Below are positions 34,869-42,794 of a DNA stretch of 64,000 nt, one piece after another. A program made the position numbers and the translations under genes. The stretch comes from Capsulimonadaceae bacterium (GTDB lineage Bacteria > Armatimonadota > Armatimonadia > Armatimonadales > Capsulimonadaceae): positions 2,528,001 to 2,592,000 of the forward strand of contig OZ244065.1 of the NCBI GenBank assembly GCA_965215505.1. The letters run 5' to 3'. A model generated the notes under the pieces. That model made no database searches and had not been told where the DNA came from. It saw nothing but the letters and a program-made list of their open reading frames with translations. Numbering within the stretch: the stretch's first letter is position 1; each line of letters begins with the position of its first letter.

Positions 34869-35933
34869 TTACAACAGGACTTCGTGGCCCGTCTCGGCGG
34901 ACTCGTAGAGCGCGTCCAGGAGGCGTGTCACCAGCAGGCCCTGCTCGCCGGAGACGGGCACGGGCGTGCCGTCGGCCAGGGCCTTGATGAAGGCGCGCAG
35001 CTCGGCCTCGTGCGTGTTCACGCGGGCCAGGAACGCGGGCGTCGTGTCGGTCAGGGTGCCGCTCTCCTCGCGGAAGAGGCGCGTCTTGGCGTCATCGGAG
35101 GGGTAGAGCAGCGCGCCGCCCTCCGTCCCCAGGAGTGTCGTGTGGAACTGGTTCTCGGCGATGTTCGCCGCAAACGAGGACTCCAAGGTCAGCGTCGCCC
35201 CACCCTTGAACCGGATGAAGCCGGCCGCGAAGTCCTCCACGGTGAACGTCTTCGGGTCCCACTCCCCCATCAGGCCCAGGACGCCCTCGCGCGTCCCGAA
35301 CTTGGCGTAGGTCTGGCCCGTCACCGAGACGGGTTCCGGGTGGCCCATCAGCCACAGCGTCAGGTCGAGGATGTGGACGCCGATGTCTATCAGCGGCCCC
35401 CCGCCCTGCTTGTCCTTCTGCGTGAACAGGCCCCAGCCGGGGATGCCGCGCCGCCGCAGGGCGTGGGCGCGGGCGTAATAGACCTCGCCCAGCCGGCCGC
35501 CGTCCACGAACCGCTTGACGGCCTGCGCCCCGGCCCCGAAGCGCACGTTCAGGCCGACCGCGAGCTGCCGGCCCGAGGCCCGCGCCGCCGCCGTCATCTC
35601 CGCCCCCTCGGCCGCATTAATCGCCAGCGGCTTCTCGCAGATGACGTGCTTGCCCGCCGCCAGCGAGTCCACGACGGGCTGCTTGTGGAGGTAGTTGGGC
35701 GTGCAGACGTCCACGGCCTCGATCCCGTCCATCTCCAGCATCTTGCGATAATCGGTGAACGTGTCGGGGACGCCGTACTTCTCGGAGGCCGCGCGCAGGG
35801 CATCTTCGTTGATGTCGCAGACGGCGACGATCCGTACCAGCCCTTCGTCCTGCATCTTCCGGTAGGCCGGCAGGTGCGCGCCCAGCCCGATATGTCCCGT
35901 GCCGATGATCGCGATCCCGATAGGTTTCGCCAT
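34869..35933 (-). CDS. Gfo/Idh/MocA family oxidoreductase
   Basis: IAIIGTGHIG Rossmann motif, HVICEKPLA, GGPLIDIGVHILD; alternative start 35951. Confidence 0.95.
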   Translation of the reverse strand: MAKPIGIAIIGTGHIGLGAHLPAYRKMQDEGLVRIVAVCDINEDALRAASEKYGVPDTFTDYRKMLEMDGIEAVDVCTPNYLHKQPVVDSLAAGKHVICEKPLAINAAEGAEMTAAARASGRQLAVGLNVRFGAGAQAVKRFVDGGRLGEVYYARAHALRRRGIPGWGLFTQKDKQGGGPLIDIGVHILDLTLWLMGHPEPVSVTGQTYAKFGTREGVLGLMGEWDPKTFTVEDFAAGFIRFKGGATLTLESSFAANIAENQFHTTLLGTEGGALLYPSDDAKTRLFREESGTLTDTTPAFLARVNTHEAELRAFIKALADGTPVPVSGEQGLLVTRLLDALYESAETGHEVLL

Positions 35934-36053
35934 GCGTGAGTCCTGCTCCATCCGGCGCGTAATGCTTCTGGGGGTCTGTTCGCCGCCTGCGCGGTCTTTT
36001 CCTGCAAGCCGTGAAATATCTTATTGGGGCGGGTAGCGGGGACAAAGAAGGGA

Positions 36054-36201
36054 GGGCGCGGCAAGCGGCACCCCTACGAGGCTCGGAGAATGTTACCAGA
36101 TGGTGTTCTCCGAAGCCCCGAAGGGGCGGCCCACCGGCGAAGCCGGGAGTAGACCGGCCCCTCAGGGCCGGGGCGCACGCGCCGGGACGCACGCGCCGGG
36201 A
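36054..36201. repeat. REP-like palindrome cluster
   Basis: Minus-strand GTAGGGGTGCCGCTTGCCGCGCCC (36054-36077); hairpins GCCCCGAAGGGGC, CCGGCGAAGCCGG, CCGGCCCCTCAGGGCCGG; 14-bp tandem CGCACGCGCCGGGA x2. Confidence 0.55.
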
Positions 36202-36208
36202 TGTTCCT

Positions 36209-38581
36209 TCACCGCAAGAACGGGTAGGCGGGCGCGATGTCCGCCGTGTCCTTGCGGGCAAACCCGAAGAAGGGCGCGCGGCCGATGGTCCGGTCCGTCA
36301 GGGTCGTCTCGGTGACTCGGCCGCTGGCCCAGAGCGTGATGAACGTCCGGCCGGTGTTTATGGACTGTGACAGGCGAAAGTCGCGATACCGGGCAAAGTC
36401 CTCCCGGAGATCAATGTCGAGCGGCTCCTGGGACCTCCGCAAATGGGACGGGGTTGGAGGAGCGCCGAGGCCGGTAAATGCCGCCTCTCCCGCAGACGTG
36501 CGGGTGGGAGGCACCTGCGCGTAGACGTTCAGCAGGGCGGTAAAGTCGTCGGGGTTTGCCTGACGCATCCGACGGAGCAGGGCGGCGTTCCGGACGGCCC
36601 AGCCTTGCAGCCTCCCTCGCAGGTGCAGAGCCGTGGCGATGCGCTGCTGCCGGGCGCGGTTACGCGCGGCGGGGTCCTCGTCGAGCGGGTCGAAGACCTG
36701 GGAAACGGGAACCAGCGCGCCGATAGGTAGGTTCGGCTGCAAGGCGACATCGCGGAAGGTGAAGTGGTCGGCCGGGCGTGTCACGAACCGGAGCGTGGTG
36801 ACGTGCCGGCTTTTCAAGTCCGAGGCTTGGTAGAGATAAAGCAGGCGGCGGGTCGGCCCGCTGCCGTCCGCTCCCTGGGGGAACGTAGGCAAGTCGGCCA
36901 CCTTCCCGTCCACCTCCACGGCCTCCAATCTGGAGTCATAATCGGGGGTGTTGAAGCGCACCGGGACGGTCAGCCAGACCTGCGTGACGACCGAAGGCTT
37001 CCTACCTGCCAGGGGACCGGCCCGCAGGCCCGTAGTGGCCTTGGAAAGCGCCACCGTTTCGCCGGACGGCAGGCGACGGGACACGCTCCGGCCCAGGGGG
37101 GCGCTCACGAATGTCGTGAACGGTCCGGTACTGACGCGCAGGCCGACGTTGGCGTGCCCGCGCCGGTTGTCGCTTTCCGATGCCGCGACGACCATGTAAG
37201 GCTTGGAGGACATGGCCGCCATGTGCAGCGAGACGTCGCCGGCCCGGTCGAACAGCGAGTTGACCAAAGCCACCAGGGGATTGCCGCCGGCCGTCTTCGC
37301 CGTGCCGCCCAGGGGGCCGCCGTCCGGCGTCCAGGAAACGCCCACGTCGTGGCCGTGCCGATCCACTCGGCTGACGGCAACGAGTTTGAGCAGGGTGCCG
37401 TCGGACAGCCGCGCCGTCCAGGGCGCACCCGTCAGCGCGGCGACGGTCTGGACTCTGGCAGGCGCGGGCCGGCGGGCCGGGTGCATCGCCGCCAGCGGCA
37501 GGACCAGGACGGGGCCGGCGAGGGCGGCCAAAATTAGCCCGCGCCGCGTCACGCCGCCCCGGCTCTTCGGGTGCGCCAGGATGGTCTGGAGCCGGCCCGC
37601 GATCTCCCGATTCCGGGCCATCGTCACGGCGGCGGGAAACCGGCCACCCCGGCGGGGCAGGGCGCGGACGATCTCCAGCAGGTGATCGGCATAGTCGGGG
37701 GCCGGGACGCCGCACAGGAGTACCCGGTCGTCACACGCCTCTTCGGCCTCGGCCCGGACGCGACGGGCGGCAAGCCAGACGAGCGGGTGGAACCAGTAGA
37801 GCGCGCAGACGGTCTGGGCCAGGAGGAGCGAGGCCCAGTCGCCGCGCCCGATGTGGGCCATCTCATGCAGCAGGACCGCGCGCAGGCGGCCGGCGGGCCA
37901 GTCCGATGCGCTTGGCGGCAGCAGGACGACGGGGCGGAGGTGGCCGAAGGTCATCGGCACGGCGACGGCCTGCCGGTTTGCAGTATCTTGCCGCAAACGG
38001 ACGGGTCGGGTAAGCCCCAGCGCCCGCCGCGCCTCCCCGGCGGCCTCGGCGAGCGGCCCCGTGCAAACCGGGACACACCCACGGATCAGGCGGCGGGCGG
38101 AAGCGAGGCCGAGGGCGAGCCGGCCCAGTACGACTCCGACGCCCAGCACCCAGAGCAAGGCAGGCCAGGTGGCCGGGTCGGGCCGGACGGCGCGGACGGG
38201 GACGGCCTCGGCGGGCAAAGGCTGGCTTGCAGTCGCTCGGTCAGTTTGGCTCTCCAGGGAATGCGCCGGAAGTTGGGCCGCCGGTCGGCCTGTCAGGAAG
38301 AGCGCGCTTCCGCCCGTCATGCTCTGCACAGGCAGGAGGGGGCGCGGCGGGGACGCATCGGCAGGCAGGACGGGGAGCGTCCGGCCGGGGAGCCAGAGGC
38401 AGAGGGCGGGCAGGAAAAGCAGCGTGACGAACGCGGAAAGCCAGAGCGCGTGGCGGGCGGCGGCAGACCGGCGGCGCAGCACAAGGGCGGCCAGTGCCGC
38501 CACCGCGAACACGAACAGGCTCTTCCAGAACACGTCCAGCAGCAGCGGCGCAACGTGCAGGATTTGGGAGGGGGTTTCCAT
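36209..38581 (-). CDS. M56 family (BlaR1/MecR1-like) metallopeptidase with unrecognised extracytoplasmic domains
   Basis: SAAARHALW, PMTFG..RPVVLLP, LLHEMAHIGRGD (HExxH), WFHPLVW, EEACDDRVL. Confidence 0.92.
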   Translation of the reverse strand: METPSQILHVAPLLLDVFWKSLFVFAVAALAALVLRRRSAAARHALWLSAFVTLLFLPALCLWLPGRTLPVLPADASPPRPLLPVQSMTGGSALFLTGRPAAQLPAHSLESQTDRATASQPLPAEAVPVRAVRPDPATWPALLWVLGVGVVLGRLALGLASARRLIRGCVPVCTGPLAEAAGEARRALGLTRPVRLRQDTANRQAVAVPMTFGHLRPVVLLPPSASDWPAGRLRAVLLHEMAHIGRGDWASLLLAQTVCALYWFHPLVWLAARRVRAEAEEACDDRVLLCGVPAPDYADHLLEIVRALPRRGGRFPAAVTMARNREIAGRLQTILAHPKSRGGVTRRGLILAALAGPVLVLPLAAMHPARRPAPARVQTVAALTGAPWTARLSDGTLLKLVAVSRVDRHGHDVGVSWTPDGGPLGGTAKTAGGNPLVALVNSLFDRAGDVSLHMAAMSSKPYMVVAASESDNRRGHANVGLRVSTGPFTTFVSAPLGRSVSRRLPSGETVALSKATTGLRAGPLAGRKPSVVTQVWLTVPVRFNTPDYDSRLEAVEVDGKVADLPTFPQGADGSGPTRRLLYLYQASDLKSRHVTTLRFVTRPADHFTFRDVALQPNLPIGALVPVSQVFDPLDEDPAARNRARQQRIATALHLRGRLQGWAVRNAALLRRMRQANPDDFTALLNVYAQVPPTRTSAGEAAFTGLGAPPTPSHLRRSQEPLDIDLREDFARYRDFRLSQSINTGRTFITLWASGRVTETTLTDRTIGRAPFFGFARKDTADIAPAYPFLR

Positions 38582-38593
38582 CGGGGTTCTCCT

Positions 38594-39007
38594 TCAGGCG
38601 TCCGGGTCCGGGTTTCCAGGCTGATCGCCGGGGCGGTGCGCGTCAATCATGGCCTTGAGCCGGTCCAGCTCCTCGGGGGCCAGGTCGCCGGCTTTGACCG
38701 ACAGCAGGGTGGCGACGACCGCCTCCGCCGAGTCATCGAAGAATGTTTGCAGCAGACGCACCAGGGCCAAGCGGGCGGCGGCGGGACGCGCTTTGGTCGG
38801 GCGGTACAGGAACCGGCCATTCTCCTCCGTGTGCGTCAGGTGCCCTTTGCCTTCCAGGATGCGGAGGTGGGTGCGGACGGAGGAGTTACTGAGGGGGTCC
38901 GGCAGCCCGGCCATGACCTCGGCCACGTCTGTCTGCTCCTGCCGGTAAATGACCTCCATGATCTGCTGCTCGCGCCTCGTCAGGTAATTGCCTGCTTTTT
39001 TCGACAT
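38594..39007 (-). CDS. BlaI/MecI/CopY family transcriptional repressor
   Basis: LTRREQQIMEVIY...SSVRTHLRILEGKGHL...LLQTFFDDS. Confidence 0.93.
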   Translation of the reverse strand: MSKKAGNYLTRREQQIMEVIYRQEQTDVAEVMAGLPDPLSNSSVRTHLRILEGKGHLTHTEENGRFLYRPTKARPAAARLALVRLLQTFFDDSAEAVVATLLSVKAGDLAPEELDRLKAMIDAHRPGDQPGNPDPDA

Positions 39008-39026
39008 CGGCTCTGCCCTCCCGATC

Positions 39027-39087
39027 TATGTTAATAATTTAACATATTCGCGAGGCGTTTGTCAAGCGCAGACGTTAATTTTTTAAC
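39027..39087 (-). promoter_or_regulatory. BlaI-family promoter with two palindromic operators
   Basis: TATGTTAA-N4-TTAACATA (39027-39046) and GTTAA-N4-TTAAC (39074-39087) flank TTGACA (39060-39065) and overlap the -10 region. Confidence 0.8.
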
Positions 39088-39127
39088 AGTTTTTTTCAGG
39101 CGGGGAGGGCAGCCGCCCGGCCCCGCA

Positions 39128-39331
39128 TCATTTCAGGAACGTCGTCTTCAGGATGTCCCAGAGCAGCCCGAGGGCGGAGATCAGGAACCGCCAGAAGTCC
39201 CAGTCCTTCAGGCACGGCATGGCGCGGGGCGACCGGGGCGGGCGGCCCGGCTCGGTCTGCCTCACTTCAGTCAGCTTCGGCTCGGTTTGCTTGACCTCGG
39301 GAGGCTTCAGCTCGGTCTGTGGTATACTCAT
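39128..39331 (-). CDS. Small protein (67 aa) with three QTE repeats and a C-terminal hydrophobic/amphipathic helix
   Basis: MSIPQTELKPPEVKQTEPKLTEVRQTEP...WDFWRFLISALGLLWDILKTTFLK; SD-like AAGGGTG; own upstream promoter. Confidence 0.55.
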   Translation of the reverse strand: MSIPQTELKPPEVKQTEPKLTEVRQTEPGRPPRSPRAMPCLKDWDFWRFLISALGLLWDILKTTFLK

Positions 39332-39426
39332 CTCGTCTCACCCTTTCGTGGTGATTTCGGGGGGACATGCCGCCGATTTCCACGTCGCCAGCTGTCCCCA
39401 TCCTCTCAGTCTGCGTAGCACCTAGT

Positions 39427-39461
39427 CAAACATATGTTTGCTCTGCCACAATAATATACCA
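39427..39461 (-). promoter_or_regulatory. Extended -10 promoter with a LexA(Cheo)-like palindrome just downstream
   Basis: TGgTATATT (39453-39461); perfect palindrome CAAACATATGTTTG (39427-39440) compared with the Gram-positive-type SOS box CGAAC-N4-GTTCG. Confidence 0.55.
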
Positions 39462-39496
39462 CACATAGTAGACATTTTATTCACGCAGTCGGCACG

Positions 39497-39522
39497 AAAA
39501 AAGCGGGGGATTTCTTCCCCGC
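39497..39522 (-). terminator. Intrinsic terminator of the TA operon
   Basis: GCGGGGAA-GAAA-TCCCCCGC followed by U6 on the minus strand. Confidence 0.75.
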
Positions 39523-39606
39523 CATTCACCGCGGCGTTACATCAGTCAGGACTATGTTCACACTCAGCAGCGGCCTAGACTGGGCGTCTGCGGGTATCAA
39601 AAAGCA

Positions 39607-39985
39607 CTATTCGGCGGGGTCATCAGGGATGAGGGGCTGGGCACCATGCAGCAGGCGCAGCAGGAAGATCACGGACTCGGCAGTTTCTGGTGGGTCGTCT
39701 GGGTCGGGCGGCAGGATCGTGAAGAGGATGGGGACGGGCGTCCCCGACCGCCGCTTGGTCGGCCCGTAATACAGCATCCTTCGTACCTCGCGGCCGTAGT
39801 AGGCCGACACCTCTTCCTCGCGGGCGTGGGAGATGGGGGCCGGGGAACCCTGTGAGTTCCTGGAGCGCCCTCTCAAGATCCGCCTCCCACCGTGCTGCAA
39901 ATTCCGGGCTGCGGCGATCATTGAAAACATTTATCCGTTCGAGGTCTGCGTCCGCCGGGTCGCTGGAGAGAACGGCATAGTTCAA
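39607..39985 (-). pseudogene. RelE/ParE family toxin, split by a 1-nt insertion in a G5/C5 run (39835-39839)
   Basis: N-half MNYAVLSSDPADADLERI...LTGFPGP in one frame, C-half ISHAREEE...VRRMLY...ILFTI...VIFLLRLLHGAQ in another; removing one C gives 125 aa. Confidence 0.75.
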
Positions 39986-40311
39986 AGCAGCCCCTCGCGC
40001 TCTATTTCCATGCGGACCTGTGGGTCCATGGCGGCAACGATGCGCTCGGCATCATCCGCCAGCTCATCGCGCGTCATATGGGATAAGTCGGCAAAGCCGT
40101 ACTTCAAGCGCATCCGTTCGTGTGACTCGGCCAGCGTGTGGCGCGGGCCGTCCAGCATCACCTGCATCTCGGCCCGGCCTCTTGCTTCCCGCTCCCAGCG
40201 GCGGACGGTTTCGGCAAGGGCATCGGCGACGAGCGCGTCAAGGTCGCCGTCCTTGTCGCGCAAGGCCCGCAGCCGGGTCGCCAGTGCATCATCGATGGTC
40301 ACGGTGGTCAT
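39982..40311 (-). CDS. Putative antitoxin (RHH-like N-terminus)
   Basis: MTTVTIDDALATRLRAL; acidic; ATGA overlap with the toxin; SD GGAGG. Confidence 0.7.
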   Translation of the reverse strand: MTTVTIDDALATRLRALRDKDGDLDALVADALAETVRRWEREARGRAEMQVMLDGPRHTLAESHERMRLKYGFADLSHMTRDELADDAERIVAAMDPQVRMEIEREGLL

Positions 40312-40358
40312 GGAAGCCTCCCCTAGTTCAATCCCATCCTAACTGTGTTGAGTATACC

Positions 40359-42773
40359 TCATGGGGCGGCCTGTGCCTGTTTGGTCGCGTGGGCCTGGCG
40401 GTACAGGGCGTTGAGCTGGGAGGGGGTGACGGCGACGTAGTCCGGCCCCAGATTAGCCAGCATGTCCCGGAGGTCGGACAGCTTGGAACCCCAGTTCCAG
40501 ACGAAGGCGTTGACGAAGGCGGGGCGGACGGACCCGACGCTGCCGCGCACCTGGTCGGCGAGTTTCTGCGCGCCCGGCCCGAAGGAGACGGCGCGGAAGA
40601 CGGGCTGGCCGGTCTTGGGCAGGGTGTAAGTGAAGTGGCTGTAGGAGTCGCCGCCCTGGGTGCCGTAGTCGGGCATCAGGAAGGCGACGCCGGGGAGGTC
40701 CGCACCGACGCCCGCGATGTCTTCGGTGCGGACGTTCATCAGCCGGACCGTTTTCATGTCCATGCGGTCCATGTAGGTCTGGGTCAGGCCGTAGAAGCCC
40801 GCCGTCGCGCCGGGGCGGTCTTTGAGGGCCGTGGCGAAGTCGGGCGGGTAGATGTAGCCGGCCCCGGACACGTCGCACAGGAACTCGTCGGTCGGGGCGG
40901 CGTGGTCGTAGTACCAGCGGGCCAGGGTCGGGGAGACATCAATCAGCGAGGGGGCCATGCCCCAGCCGATGGGGAATGTCCCGTGCAGAGGGTCGGTGAA
41001 GTACTGCCGGAAGTACCCGCGCCAGGTGCAGAGGTTGTCGCCGTCGGACATGGTGAGTGCGAGATAGACCTTCGTCGGGTCGTAAGGCGGGGCGGGCGGC
41101 TGCGTCTTCTGCTTCAGGGCGGCAATGGGGACGCCGCTCAGGACCGAGTAGTTGGCGACGTAGTCGCTGACCGTCGTGATCTTGCCGAAGCGCGACCCGA
41201 GCGAGACGCCCGGCGTCTCGTCAATGCCCACGCCGTCGCCGTGCCACCAGAAGCCGCGCACGACGCCGCCCAGCGGCATCCGGGCGAAGGTGGCCTCGAC
41301 CTCGGCCCGCTCGGCGTCCTCGTCCGCGCCGGGCCGGTCCTGCGCCTTGGGTCCGGTGATCCAGAAGGCCATGCCTTTGGCGGCGATGATGTCGTCCACC
41401 TGGCTGCCCAGGAGGGGCGGGTCGAGGCAGAGGCAGAGGTACGGGTTCAGGCGGGGCAGGAGAGTCGTGCGGGCGTAGTGCAGGGCGTCGGCGTCGTCTT
41501 TGAACTTCCCGCGCAGGTCGCTCTTGATGGTCAGCCCGAGCCGGGCGGCGAGTTCGGGTGTCGCGATCACCAGGTCATCGGCCCCGGCGATGTCCACGGC
41601 GATGCAGGGAGAGAGGTAAACCTTGGGGTCGGCCACGACCGCGCCCTTGTAGGCACTCTTGAACGTCGTGAGCAGCGTCATCGGGTCGGCGACGGGGATG
41701 GGTGTGTCGGTTTGGCCCTGGTCCTGCATGGCCTGGAGCCAGAACGAGTCGTCATCGCTCGCAACAAGATAAATACGCGGCTGCGTCCGGTTGATCAGCC
41801 CTTGCAGGGACGTGAGCAATAGCTGCTCGTCATGGGAGAGGTGGCGCACGTCGGCGACGTAGAGGTGCCGGGCGGGCGGCGGCGACTTCGGCTGCAAGGT
41901 CGCGTAGGGCCGGCGCGGGGTCGGGAGCGTTAAACCAGCGTAGACGCGCGGGTGCGGCAGACTGCCAAGCGCGGCCAGGGCCGCCGTTCGGCGTGACGCG
42001 GGCAGCAGCCCCTTCTGCGCCAGAGCCGCCACCGCCCCGCGCGTCAAAAGCTGCTCAAGGACGTAGGGTTTGAGGGACTCGTCGCGGAACCCCGTCGCTG
42101 TCCAGACGTCTACGGCCCCGGCGAAGGCATCGCCCTTGTGAACAAGCAGGGCGGCCGTGGGCCGCCCGCCCGCCGTCAGGATGGGGATGATCTGCACCCC
42201 GGCGGGGAGGGTGGCGGGGTCCAAAGCCTGCGCGTCCTCGCCGAACCCCCAGTCCAGTTTGAGGCCGGTCAGTCCCAGCAGGTCATTTGCGGGGATGACG
42301 GCAGGCCCCGCCGGACCGCCCTTGAAGCCCCCCACCCCGATGCCGTTGGCCCCGAATAGGGCCGGGCCGCTGTCATGGCCCAGGTCCTTCCAATCCCCTC
42401 TGGCATCCTGCGCGACGGCGTGGGTGAAGGGGATGCCGGACAAGACCAGGCAGCCGCCGGCCTGATGGAACGCCTTCAGGTTGGCGAAGGCGATCCGGGG
42501 ATAGGCGTTGCCGTAGGGCAGGATGACGGCGGCATAGGTCTTGGCATTCATTCGGATGGGGTCGGCCAGTGCGGCGGCGTCTAATTGGTCGGCGGGCAGG
42601 CCCGCCGCTTGCAGGTCGGCGGCGATCTTCTTGGGCGAGAGGGAGGCGGGTGTCCCGTAGGACGCGAAGCCGGGCTGGGCGAAGACGGCGACGCGCGGGG
42701 CCGCATCAGGAGCGGCGGTGGCGGCTGACGCGAACAGGGACAGGAGCGCAAGGAGCGCGAGGAGCAGTTTCAT
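40359..42773 (-). CDS. Secreted GxGYxYP-family putative glycoside hydrolase with an extra N-terminal alpha/beta domain
   Basis: Signal peptide; SLQGLINRTQPRIY, MSDGDNL, VSGAGYIYP. Confidence 0.88.
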   Translation of the reverse strand: MKLLLALLALLSLFASAATAAPDAAPRVAVFAQPGFASYGTPASLSPKKIAADLQAAGLPADQLDAAALADPIRMNAKTYAAVILPYGNAYPRIAFANLKAFHQAGGCLVLSGIPFTHAVAQDARGDWKDLGHDSGPALFGANGIGVGGFKGGPAGPAVIPANDLLGLTGLKLDWGFGEDAQALDPATLPAGVQIIPILTAGGRPTAALLVHKGDAFAGAVDVWTATGFRDESLKPYVLEQLLTRGAVAALAQKGLLPASRRTAALAALGSLPHPRVYAGLTLPTPRRPYATLQPKSPPPARHLYVADVRHLSHDEQLLLTSLQGLINRTQPRIYLVASDDDSFWLQAMQDQGQTDTPIPVADPMTLLTTFKSAYKGAVVADPKVYLSPCIAVDIAGADDLVIATPELAARLGLTIKSDLRGKFKDDADALHYARTTLLPRLNPYLCLCLDPPLLGSQVDDIIAAKGMAFWITGPKAQDRPGADEDAERAEVEATFARMPLGGVVRGFWWHGDGVGIDETPGVSLGSRFGKITTVSDYVANYSVLSGVPIAALKQKTQPPAPPYDPTKVYLALTMSDGDNLCTWRGYFRQYFTDPLHGTFPIGWGMAPSLIDVSPTLARWYYDHAAPTDEFLCDVSGAGYIYPPDFATALKDRPGATAGFYGLTQTYMDRMDMKTVRLMNVRTEDIAGVGADLPGVAFLMPDYGTQGGDSYSHFTYTLPKTGQPVFRAVSFGPGAQKLADQVRGSVGSVRPAFVNAFVWNWGSKLSDLRDMLANLGPDYVAVTPSQLNALYRQAHATKQAQAAP

Positions 42774-42794
42774 GGCAAAGCCTTTCGTGGGTCC

